NCBI GenBank assembly: GCA_964453785.1
Contig: CAYVRK010000013.1
Span: 25,370 to 89,369, forward strand
Length of the DNA: 64,000 nucleotides
Direction: 5' to 3'
Origin: an uncultured Bacteroides sp.
GTDB taxonomy: Bacteria > Bacteroidota > Bacteroidia > Bacteroidales > GCA-2748055
The notes beneath the pieces were generated by a model. That model did no database searches, was not told the origin of the DNA, and saw nothing but the letters and a program-made list of their open reading frames with translations. Shown here piece after piece: positions 43,233 to 50,788 of this stretch (position 1 is the stretch's first letter; every line of letters starts with the position of its first letter). Both the position numbers and the translations under genes were made by a program.

Positions 43233-44519
43233 ATGAAAACAACAGCCAAATTTAGCAGAGCCTGGATCGTGGCAGTGATCCTGTTCAGTACTACCTCCAT
43301 ATTCGCCATGGGCGAAAAAGAGGAAATCATCGATACCACAGAATTCGATGTCTATCAGGGAAAGATTGTGGATGCCATGAACGGGCGGACACTTCCATTT
43401 GCCACGGTGGAAGCCGCCGGCAGCAACGTTGCCACGGTGACCAACATTGACGGGGATTTTACCATTAAGATTGCCAAAGATGCGCGTGTATCCGAACTGA
43501 AGATCTCCTATATCGGATATGCCAACAAGACCGTTAAGCTGAGCGAGTTTAAGGGTGACAGGTCCAAGTCCATTTCACTCAATCCAAGCGCTGTTCAGCT
43601 TCAGGAGATTACCATCAGACCTGAAGATGCGCTGGATTTGATCACGGACGTCCTTGCCAATATCAAGAACAACTATAGTCAGGTCCCCATGATGATGAGG
43701 GGCTTTTACAGGGAGACCATTCAGCGGGGACGTAGTTATGCCTCCATTTCAGAAGCTGTTGTGGACATTTATAAAAGTCCCTATGCCACTACCTTCCAGA
43801 CCGACCAGGTCAGGCTTTTTAAAGGGAGGAAAAGTGCCGATGTTGAGAAAATGGATACAGTACTGTTTAAACTCCAGGGAGGACCCTCCACTTCCGTGCT
43901 GCTTGACGTGGTTAAAAACCCATACATCCTTCTTTCCATTGAATATGGAAAAATCTATGATTTCTATCTGAGTGATGTAATCTCCATCAATGATAAACTT
44001 CATTACGTGGTCACGTTCAATCAGAAATCGTTTGTGGATGATCCCTATTATAAGGGCAAACTCTATATTGATATGGATAAACTGGCCATTACCGAAGCCG
44101 AATTCGAGCTGAATACGGATAACAAAGAAGAGGCTGCCCGGCTTTTCATTCAGAGAAAACCCATGGGGATGGATATCCTACCTGAGAAAGCAGTTTATCG
44201 AGTTAAGTATACCATTGAGGACGACCACTGGTACTTCAGCTATGCCCGTGCAGAGGTAAAATTTAATGTGGACTGGCATAAGAAGCTATTCAATACCACA
44301 TACTCTGCCATGTCGGAAATTGCCATCACAGACCGCAGCTATGAAGGTATCGAAAAGTTTGCTAACAAAGACCGGTTTAAGAGCAGTGATGTGATGAATG
44401 ACATGGTCTATGTTTTCTTCGATCAGGGATTCTGGGGCGGATACAATGTGATCGAACCGGACCAGTCCATCGAAAGCGCCATCCGCAGATTAAACCGCAA
44501 ATATCTGAAGAGAGAATAG
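43233..44519 (+). CDS. CarboxypepD_reg-like domain protein with a ~330-aa uncharacterised C-terminal domain (paralog of 46159..47682)
   Basis: 428 aa. Signal peptide, then GKIVDAMNGRTLPFATVEAAGSNVATVTNIDGDFTIKI. Extended collinear similarity to the 507-aa protein (FYRETIQRG/YYRESVRRD, SEAVVD/SEAVLD, DTVLFKL/DTVLIKL, FWGGYNVIEPDQSIESAIRRL/FWGIYNTIEPEATLMESLQRI). Confidence 0.8.
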   Translation: MKTTAKFSRAWIVAVILFSTTSIFAMGEKEEIIDTTEFDVYQGKIVDAMNGRTLPFATVEAAGSNVATVTNIDGDFTIKIAKDARVSELKISYIGYANKTVKLSEFKGDRSKSISLNPSAVQLQEITIRPEDALDLITDVLANIKNNYSQVPMMMRGFYRETIQRGRSYASISEAVVDIYKSPYATTFQTDQVRLFKGRKSADVEKMDTVLFKLQGGPSTSVLLDVVKNPYILLSIEYGKIYDFYLSDVISINDKLHYVVTFNQKSFVDDPYYKGKLYIDMDKLAITEAEFELNTDNKEEAARLFIQRKPMGMDILPEKAVYRVKYTIEDDHWYFSYARAEVKFNVDWHKKLFNTTYSAMSEIAITDRSYEGIEKFANKDRFKSSDVMNDMVYVFFDQGFWGGYNVIEPDQSIESAIRRLNRKYLKRE

Positions 44520-44524
44520 TCCCT

Positions 44525-44590
44525 AAAGCGCTGTCTGAAGTTTTGTGTAACTTTACCTTCCCACGTCCAATCAAGCCAGGACAGCGCTTT
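44525..44590 (+). repeat. 11-bp perfect inverted repeat enclosing 44 nt, just upstream of the ECF sigma gene
   Basis: AAAGCGCTGTC (44525-44535) ... GACAGCGCTTT (44580-44590), followed by ATTTAAATG, the sigma start codon. Confidence 0.6.
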
Positions 44591-44596
44591 ATTTAA

Positions 44597-45151
44597 ATGA
44601 AAATGATCCTGAAAGACCAACATCAGCTGAGGAAGTTAAGAGAAGGGGATATCGGTTCCTTTGAGAGACTTTTTCACATGCATTATCAGGGTATGTTTGG
44701 ATACGCGATGAGCCTCGTCCGTTCGGACGAAACAGCCGAAGAAGTTGTTCAGGATGTGTTCTATAATATATGGAAAAACAGGGAATCCCTGAGAATTACA
44801 CACAGTTGGAAAAGCTACCTGTACCGGGCTGTATATAACAACTCGATGATGGTACTCAGGAAATCCAGGAGGGAGTTCAGGCTGGAGGATGAAATGGTGC
44901 AGGACCTGGAGGGTTCGTCTCAGGATCCTTCCCAGGAGATGCAATTTCAGGAGGTATCAGACCTGGTCTCCCGAACAGTGGAAGGCTTACCTGAAAAGAC
45001 CCGGCAGATATTCCTCATGAACAGGCAGGAAGGTCTGAGATACAAAGAGATCGCCGAGAAGCTTTCCATCTCGGTGAAAACGGTGGAAGCCAACATGGGG
45101 AAAGCGCTCAGGGCTTTAAAAAACAGCCTGCAGAAATATGGTGAAGCATAA
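44597..45151 (+). CDS. ECF RNA polymerase sigma factor (Bacteroidetes FecI-like group)
   Basis: 184 aa. FERLFHMHYQGMFGYAMSLVRSDETAEEVVQDVF, and region 4 GLRYKEIAEKLSISVKTVEANMGKAL. Confidence 0.92.
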   Translation: MKMILKDQHQLRKLREGDIGSFERLFHMHYQGMFGYAMSLVRSDETAEEVVQDVFYNIWKNRESLRITHSWKSYLYRAVYNNSMMVLRKSRREFRLEDEMVQDLEGSSQDPSQEMQFQEVSDLVSRTVEGLPEKTRQIFLMNRQEGLRYKEIAEKLSISVKTVEANMGKALRALKNSLQKYGEA

Positions 45152-45157
45152 TTTGAT

Positions 45158-46150
45158 ATGAAAATGAGCACCCAAACATGGATCTCTCTGGCCCGCTATC
45201 TGGCCGGTGAGATGAGTATGAAAGAGGAGATTGCATTCAGGAATAATCTGGAGAGGAATCCGCAACTACAAACAGAATTAAATCAAATGGAAAAAAGCTG
45301 GAAATATTTTAGTGCAAATCCAACCATAAGGGATTCCGGAAAAGCCTGGGAAAAGCTTTACAGCCGGCTTGAAAGCGACGGGCTGTTGGATGATCAGCAA
45401 TCGGTGTTCAGGAAACGCTTGTATACTCCCAACCTGAAAATTGCTGCAGTCATCCTGTTGATTCTCGCCATCGGGATACCCACTTTATACCTTGAACTTA
45501 CCCGCAACAAGGCGGAGGTCTCTACCCGTTATCAGGTTGCTGAAAAAGGCGTAAGTACTGTTGATTTACCCGATGGAAGCCGGGTATTCCTGAATGAGGG
45601 GGCTGAAATCAGCTATCCCGAAGAATTTGGCCAGGGTCGTTCCGTGAAACTCAGGGGAGAAGCCTTTTTCGAAGTGATGTCGGATCCGGCCAACCCCTTT
45701 ACCGTTTGCTCGGGCAAGGTGGTGGTCTCGGTGCTGGGTACTTCATTCAACGTGAAAGAGGCCGGAGGGAAAGAAACTGTGGAGGTATACGTAGAAACCG
45801 GCAAAGTGAAGGTATCTATGGAAAATTCAGCTGAATTCATTACCCTGCAGCCTGGAGAAGTTGGTCATATCGGACCCGTAAGCCTGTCCAGTTCAGAACA
45901 GTCCGATCCGAATTATATTTCATGGAAAACAAAAGATTTTAAATTTATAGATGAAGACCTTGATCATGTGCTCCGGGAACTGGAGGATTCATACCATGTG
46001 ATCATTCATTCGGAAGATGTTTCCCTGTCAGAACTGAGGATTACTTCCACTTACCGGCAACAATCCATTGATGCCATCCTGGAAACCATCGGAACAGCAT
46101 TCGGGTTAAACGTCAGTAAAAAGGAGGATCAATATTACCTGAATCAATAA
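45158..46150 (+). CDS. FecR-family anti-sigma factor / transmembrane sensor
   Basis: 330 aa. N-terminal anti-sigma segment (LARYLAGEMSMKEEIAF), one TM helix (AAVILLILAIGIP), a FecR domain (DLPDGSRVFLNEGAEISYPEEF...RSVKLRGEAFFEV) and a C-terminal DUF4974-like part. Confidence 0.92.
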   Translation: MKMSTQTWISLARYLAGEMSMKEEIAFRNNLERNPQLQTELNQMEKSWKYFSANPTIRDSGKAWEKLYSRLESDGLLDDQQSVFRKRLYTPNLKIAAVILLILAIGIPTLYLELTRNKAEVSTRYQVAEKGVSTVDLPDGSRVFLNEGAEISYPEEFGQGRSVKLRGEAFFEVMSDPANPFTVCSGKVVVSVLGTSFNVKEAGGKETVEVYVETGKVKVSMENSAEFITLQPGEVGHIGPVSLSSSEQSDPNYISWKTKDFKFIDEDLDHVLRELEDSYHVIIHSEDVSLSELRITSTYRQQSIDAILETIGTAFGLNVSKKEDQYYLNQ

Positions 46151-46158
46151 AAGAGTTT

Positions 46159-47682
46159 ATGGGATCACGACCGATCCAGCTTTTACAGATAGTGATCCTG
46201 GGTGTATCATTTACCCTGGCCGGCCAGGATTCTTTGCCCGATATAACTGTAACTCTTTCAGCCAGAAGCACGACCATCAACCGGATTCTGGATGAGTTAA
46301 CACTTCAGACAGGTTATTACTTCACTTATAATACTGCCCTGGTTTCCGGAGATGATAAAGTCCATTTTCAGGCAGACAGGGTGCCGCTTCAGGAAGCGCT
46401 GGACACCTTGCTGAACGATTCCCGCTTAAAATACCGTGTAATCGAGCGGAATATAGTGATATACAAGACAAATGATGTGCCCCCTTCTCCTGTAGCCATG
46501 GAGATAGACCGGTCCATTTTGAAGGGGAGGGTTGTGGACAAACGTTCAGGAAAACCCCTTGACTATGCAACCATCGCCCTGTATGAAAGTTCCCTGGGGT
46601 CGGTCACCAATGAGACAGGTGATTTTTCATTCAAGATCCCTTCCAGCCTGCAGGACCCTTTGTTGGTGATCTCGTACATGGGATACAAAAACCTGTTGTT
46701 TCCTGTAACTTATCCGGTTGACCAGGATCTGACCATCAGGATGGAAAGGGAGACCATTCCCCTCCAGGAAGTGATTATCAGGTATACTGACCCTGTTTCA
46801 CTATTAAAAGAAGCCATTAAAAGGATCCCTGAAAACTATTCCCAGGATCATGCCGCCATGACAGCTTACTACAGGGAATCGGTCAGACGCGATGACCACT
46901 GCATGATTTTTTCGGAGGCAGTCCTGGATGTGGCAAAGGGGCCCTACTCTCCCTATGCACAGGGAGACAATGTAAGGATCCGAAAAGGAAGAAAGATTAC
47001 AGACACCTCCACTGAAGATACGGTATTGATCAAACTGCGATCCGGGATTTACTCATCCCTTAGCCTGGATGTGGTTAAGGACCGGCCCGATTTTCTTTCC
47101 GAAAACTTCGCGGACCTGTATGACCTGGAATTTACGGATATGATGACCTACGGGGACAGGCTGGTATATGTGATCAGCTTCAAACAGAAAAGTCAAATAC
47201 CAGACCTGATGTTCCGTGGTAAAATTTACCTGGACCAGGAAACCCTGGCCATCCTGGCTGCTGATTTTGAATATAATCCGGAGCTGATTCATAAGGAACC
47301 CGGCCTGTTTCTGGTAAGCCGGGCACCCCGCATCCATATCAGGCCCATGTTGGCAAGGTATCATGCGGATTACAGGAAACTTGATGGGAAATTTTATGTG
47401 AGCCAGGTGCGGGCCGAAGTGGAGATGAAAGTGCGCAAAAAGCGTAAATGGATGGGTGCCCGCTACAGGATTACCATCGAGATGGCCATTACCGATATAA
47501 TCCCCGGGGAAAAAATGAAAATCCAGGCAGCCGACCGGGTCAAAATCAATACGGTCCTTGCGGACCAGCCCTTTGATTTTGATCCCTTCTTCTGGGGGAT
47601 TTACAATACCATTGAACCCGAAGCCACACTCATGGAATCCCTTCAGCGTATCCAACACAACCTGCTGGAAATTAACAAATAA
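46159..47682 (+). CDS. STN (secretin/TonB N-terminal) domain, CarboxypepD_reg domain and an uncharacterised C-terminal domain. No TonB-dependent barrel
   Basis: 507 aa. STN-like segment TINRILDELTLQTGYYFTYNTALVSGDDKVHFQADRVPLQEALDTLLNDSRLKYRVIERNIVIYK. Then LKGRVVDKRSGKPLDYATIALYESSLGSVTNETGDFSFKI. The remainder is collinear with the 428-aa paralog. It is too short for a plug plus 22-strand barrel. Confidence 0.8.
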   Translation: MGSRPIQLLQIVILGVSFTLAGQDSLPDITVTLSARSTTINRILDELTLQTGYYFTYNTALVSGDDKVHFQADRVPLQEALDTLLNDSRLKYRVIERNIVIYKTNDVPPSPVAMEIDRSILKGRVVDKRSGKPLDYATIALYESSLGSVTNETGDFSFKIPSSLQDPLLVISYMGYKNLLFPVTYPVDQDLTIRMERETIPLQEVIIRYTDPVSLLKEAIKRIPENYSQDHAAMTAYYRESVRRDDHCMIFSEAVLDVAKGPYSPYAQGDNVRIRKGRKITDTSTEDTVLIKLRSGIYSSLSLDVVKDRPDFLSENFADLYDLEFTDMMTYGDRLVYVISFKQKSQIPDLMFRGKIYLDQETLAILAADFEYNPELIHKEPGLFLVSRAPRIHIRPMLARYHADYRKLDGKFYVSQVRAEVEMKVRKKRKWMGARYRITIEMAITDIIPGEKMKIQAADRVKINTVLADQPFDFDPFFWGIYNTIEPEATLMESLQRIQHNLLEINK

Positions 47683-47698
47683 CCAATTCCCCTATACC

Positions 47699-48040
47699 AT
47701 GAAATCAATCATCCGCCTGTTCATGATCCTGGTAACCCTGGTGGTGGTGGTTTTCTCCTGGATCACCCACCAGCTGGATCAACAAAAGGTAGTGATTACA
47801 GTACTCATTGCGGCAACTTTGGCTGTATTCCTTCTGATAAATTTGCTGGATCGCAGGGAAAACAGGAAAATGAGGGAGAAGCTTGAGTCCGGGGATTCAC
47901 CCGGACAATCCCAATCCGGGAAGCGGTCCCCCATCTCTTTCGGACCCAGGGAACGTAAATCCGGGCTCACCTGGGGAGGCGGCAACATCAAGGCATCGAA
48001 TGCCACAAGAGGAACCAGGAGAAAGTTCCTTGGCAAATAA
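47699..48040 (+). CDS. Small membrane protein (2 TM helices and a basic Gly/Ser/Arg-rich tail)
   Basis: The ATG at 47699 gives MKSIIRLFMILVTLVVVVFSWI... The track start at 47558 overlaps the upstream gene. Confidence 0.55.
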   Translation: MKSIIRLFMILVTLVVVVFSWITHQLDQQKVVITVLIAATLAVFLLINLLDRRENRKMREKLESGDSPGQSQSGKRSPISFGPRERKSGLTWGGGNIKASNATRGTRRKFLGK

Positions 48041-48045
48041 TTTGA

Positions 48046-48522
48046 CTATTTTTTCAGCAAGTCCCTGATTTCGGTCAAAAGGACTTCTTCTTTTGAAGGA
48101 GCCGGAACTGCTGCAGGGGCTTCTTCCTCTTTCTTTTCCATGTTTGCCTTCATCCTGTTGTATCCTTTTACCACCATGAATATTGCGAAAGCAACGATGA
48201 TGAATGTGATGATGGTATTCAGGAACATTCCATAGCCAATGGCTACTTCCGGAACCACAAAATCACCGTTCATGGTAGCTCCCTTTAATACGATTTTCAG
48301 GTTTGAAAAATCCACGTTTCCAAGCAGCATCCCAATGGGGGGCATGAGGATGTGGTCAACGAGCGATTTTATGATGGCTCCAAAATATACTGCCATGATC
48401 AGACCAACGGCCATTTCCATGACATTTCCCCTGCTAATAAACTTCTTGAATTCTTTTAACTTAATGATATTTTTTAGGGTTTGAAAACGAAACAGTGATA
48501 CGGGAATATTGTTCATGATCAC
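48046..48522 (-). CDS. mscL: Large-conductance mechanosensitive channel
   Basis: KEFKKFISRGNVMEMAVGLIMAVYFGAIIKSLVDHILMPPIGMLLGNVDFSNL matches the MscL N-terminus and TM1. The ATG at 48522 adds ~20 aa before the usual start position, so the exact start is uncertain. Confidence 0.88.
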   Translation of the reverse strand: MIMNNIPVSLFRFQTLKNIIKLKEFKKFISRGNVMEMAVGLIMAVYFGAIIKSLVDHILMPPIGMLLGNVDFSNLKIVLKGATMNGDFVVPEVAIGYGMFLNTIITFIIVAFAIFMVVKGYNRMKANMEKKEEEAPAAVPAPSKEEVLLTEIRDLLKK

Positions 48523-48599
48523 GCACGGTGATTCTTCAGATTTTCTGAATTTGACTTTTGAAGTCTCCTGTAGTACCTTTGGCAGATCACATAAACCGG

Positions 48600-49013
48600 A
48601 TGGAAGAGAATCCTGAAAATATGATAGAAGCTTTGGCCCGCCAAAAGCTGGAAGGGAGAAGTTACAGCGAGATACGGGCCGAACTTCTGGATTCCGGTTT
48701 ATCCGGGACCGAAGTGAGCAATCTGATCAGGCAGGTGGATGAAAAGGTGCTGGAAGAGACGGTTACAGTCAGCCGAACAGACATTGCCGGTCAGCTTTAC
48801 CGGGTGGGGCTGGTTTTTGCCATTGGCGGCTTGATCGTCACCATCCTATTCAATCTCGGACTCGTCGCTGTGAACCTGCCTGCATTGGCTGTATATGCTC
48901 CCTTTATTGCCGGTATCCTTTTGATGTTTTACGGGAGAATGCTGCAGCGAAAAAAATCCCCGGCACAGGCCAAGGGGCCGGGGCCCATCCGGAGCAGAAG
49001 ACCTTTCAAATAG
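48600..49013 (+). CDS. Hypothetical membrane protein
   Basis: The first ATG, at 48600, gives MEENPENMIEALARQKLEG... (the track start at 48558 is a TTG). Soluble N-domain, 2 TM helices and a basic tail. Confidence 0.55.
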   Translation: MEENPENMIEALARQKLEGRSYSEIRAELLDSGLSGTEVSNLIRQVDEKVLEETVTVSRTDIAGQLYRVGLVFAIGGLIVTILFNLGLVAVNLPALAVYAPFIAGILLMFYGRMLQRKKSPAQAKGPGPIRSRRPFK

Positions 49014-49048
49014 GGATTTTCTTCCTACCTTCGGCTAAAATTATTTTC

Positions 49049-49687
49049 ATGATCGAGGAGATTGTCAAGAAGCGATTCCCCTTTTTTGAATCGGGGCTCC
49101 GGGACGCCATTCTTGAATCGGGCACCTACAAGGAGTTTTCCGTCGGAGAGGAATTGATCAGGGAGGACCAGTACATCAGGTCCTTTCCCATCGTCATCTC
49201 CGGACTGATCAAAGTTTGCAGGACCGACGAAGCGGGGAATGAACTGTTGCTTTATTACCTCCGTCCGGGAGAGGTGTGCACCGTTTCATTGATTTGCTGC
49301 ATGGACCGGACACGTAGCCGGGTAAAGGCGCTTACAGAGGAAGATACCACAGTGATCCTGGTACCGGTTGAATTGCTTGACAGCTGGATGACCCTTTTCC
49401 AGACCTGGAAAGAATACGTGATGAGATCCATGCAAAAGCGTTTTGATGAATTGCTCGATGCCCTTGACAGCATTGCTTTCATGAAAATGGACGAACGTCT
49501 GGAGAAGTTCTTTACAGACAGGAATAAATCCACCGGAACCACCATATATGAAGGTTCGCACCAGGAAATAGCCCTGGCACTGAACAGCTCTCGTGAAGTG
49601 ATCTCCCGCTTGCTGAAACAGATGGAAAAGCAGGGAATGGTGGTTCTCTCCAGGGGACGGATCGATTACTCTTCCTTATGTGACTAA
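49049..49687 (+). CDS. Crp/Fnr-family transcriptional regulator
   Basis: 212 aa. cNMP-binding-like beta-roll (LLYYLRPGEVC) and a C-terminal HTH (SHQEIALALNSSREVISRLLKQMEKQG). Confidence 0.88.
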   Translation: MIEEIVKKRFPFFESGLRDAILESGTYKEFSVGEELIREDQYIRSFPIVISGLIKVCRTDEAGNELLLYYLRPGEVCTVSLICCMDRTRSRVKALTEEDTTVILVPVELLDSWMTLFQTWKEYVMRSMQKRFDELLDALDSIAFMKMDERLEKFFTDRNKSTGTTIYEGSHQEIALALNSSREVISRLLKQMEKQGMVVLSRGRIDYSSLCD

Positions 49688-49748
49688 AGTTACTGTACAG
49701 CGTTCCCTCCTTTCTTTTCTTTGCGCAATTAATTGTCAAAGCAAAAGG

Positions 49749-50330
49749 ATGAAAAAAATCGCAGTACAATCTTATGGTGAACTGGAAGAGCATCTGTCCG
49801 GCACGGAACGTGCATTTCTGCTTCTGTACAAAGGTGGATCCGAACAGAGTGAATGTGCATTGAAACGGATCGGCGGGCTCAAATCGGACGATGGGCACAC
49901 CATCATTACTGCTGATGTGAGCCGGGTCCGGGATATCCATGAAAAACTCGGGGTTGACACAGCTCCCAGCCTGGTGGTCTTCAGAAATGAGAGGGTGGTA
50001 AACATCATCAAAGGTTGCCAGACCGGTTCATCCTATGATTCAATCATCTCAGGAAGGGAGATTGGAACATCTATGGAAGATGGCAGCAGAAAATCCAGGC
50101 AGGTTACAGTGTACACAACGCCTTCCTGTTCCTGGTGCACCACACTAAAAACTTACCTGGATCAGCAAAATGTGAAATACCGGGAAGTCAATGTTGCCGC
50201 TGACACAGCTGCTGCCGGGGCCATGGTTAGAAAGAGTGGTCAGCAAGGTGTGCCCCAGACAGAAATTAACGGGCAGATGATTGTGGGGTTTGATAAGCCC
50301 AGGATCAATCAGCTGCTTGAAATACAGTGA
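49749..50330 (+). CDS. Fusion of a thioredoxin-like domain (no CxxC) and a glutaredoxin-like domain (CSWC)
   Basis: The ATG at 49749 (MKKIAVQSYGELEEHL) is the likely start. The N-domain has Trx-fold-like spacing but carries SEQSEC instead of CxxC. The C-domain VTVYTTPSCSWCTTLKTYLDQQNVKYREVNV...GVPQTEINGQMIVGFD is glutaredoxin/NrdH-like. Confidence 0.75.
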   Translation: MKKIAVQSYGELEEHLSGTERAFLLLYKGGSEQSECALKRIGGLKSDDGHTIITADVSRVRDIHEKLGVDTAPSLVVFRNERVVNIIKGCQTGSSYDSIISGREIGTSMEDGSRKSRQVTVYTTPSCSWCTTLKTYLDQQNVKYREVNVAADTAAAGAMVRKSGQQGVPQTEINGQMIVGFDKPRINQLLEIQ

Positions 50331-50366
50331 GTTCAACTCGATTAGTAAACCTAAAAAACAATTAAG

Positions 50367-50648
50367 ATGAAAGAGTTACAGCCAATCAATCAACATGTGC
50401 TTCTTGAATTAGAAGCTTCCGAAGAGAAGACCGCATCGGGCATCATTATTCCTGATACAGCCAAAGTGAAACCAACATTTGCCAAAGTACTGGCTATAAG
50501 CGGGATTGAAGATCCTGAAATAGCAGTTGGCGACGTGGTTTTTTATAAGAATTTCTCAGGCACCGAACTGGAATTCGAGGGCAGGGAATACCTGATGATG
50601 CCCTACGCGGATATTCTTGGACGGGTGGTTGAAACAGATAAAATCTAA
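50367..50648 (+). CDS. groES: Co-chaperonin GroES (Cpn10) family, with no groEL downstream
   Basis: 93 aa. LQPINQHVLLELEASEEKTASGIIIPDTAKVKP (mobile-loop region) and VGDVVFYKNFSGTELEFEGREYLMM. Followed directly by a strong terminator. Confidence 0.85.
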   Translation: MKELQPINQHVLLELEASEEKTASGIIIPDTAKVKPTFAKVLAISGIEDPEIAVGDVVFYKNFSGTELEFEGREYLMMPYADILGRVVETDKI

Positions 50649-50710
50649 TGAGATTCTGTTTTCCTGGCTGATTGCAATTTCACCGTTATCAAAATCTTTA
50701 GGTTTCTGCC

Positions 50711-50749
50711 AAAGGGCTGTTGCTCGACACAACAGCCCTTTCTTTTTTT
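50711..50749 (+). terminator. Intrinsic terminator after groES
   Basis: AAAGGGCTGTTG-ctcgaca-CAACAGCCCTTT followed by CTTTTTTT. The stem is 12 bp and perfect. Confidence 0.85.
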
Positions 50750-50788
50750 GTCTATATTTGGCCCACTAAACTCAAAATCTGTATTCTA

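Noticed and set aside
47053-47658. 201-aa minus-strand ORF, and similar long antisense ORFs at 51551..52288, 41765..42211, 56399..56860 and 62682..63239
   Set aside because: Each overlaps a longer ORF on the opposite strand that has clear family signatures or a paralog relationship.
48460-48522. Possible frameshift or mis-start in mscL, given the ~20 extra N-terminal residues before the conserved KEFKKF
   Set aside because: The frame is open with no disruption. The most likely explanations are a longer N-terminus or a non-ATG start, and this cannot be resolved from sequence alone.
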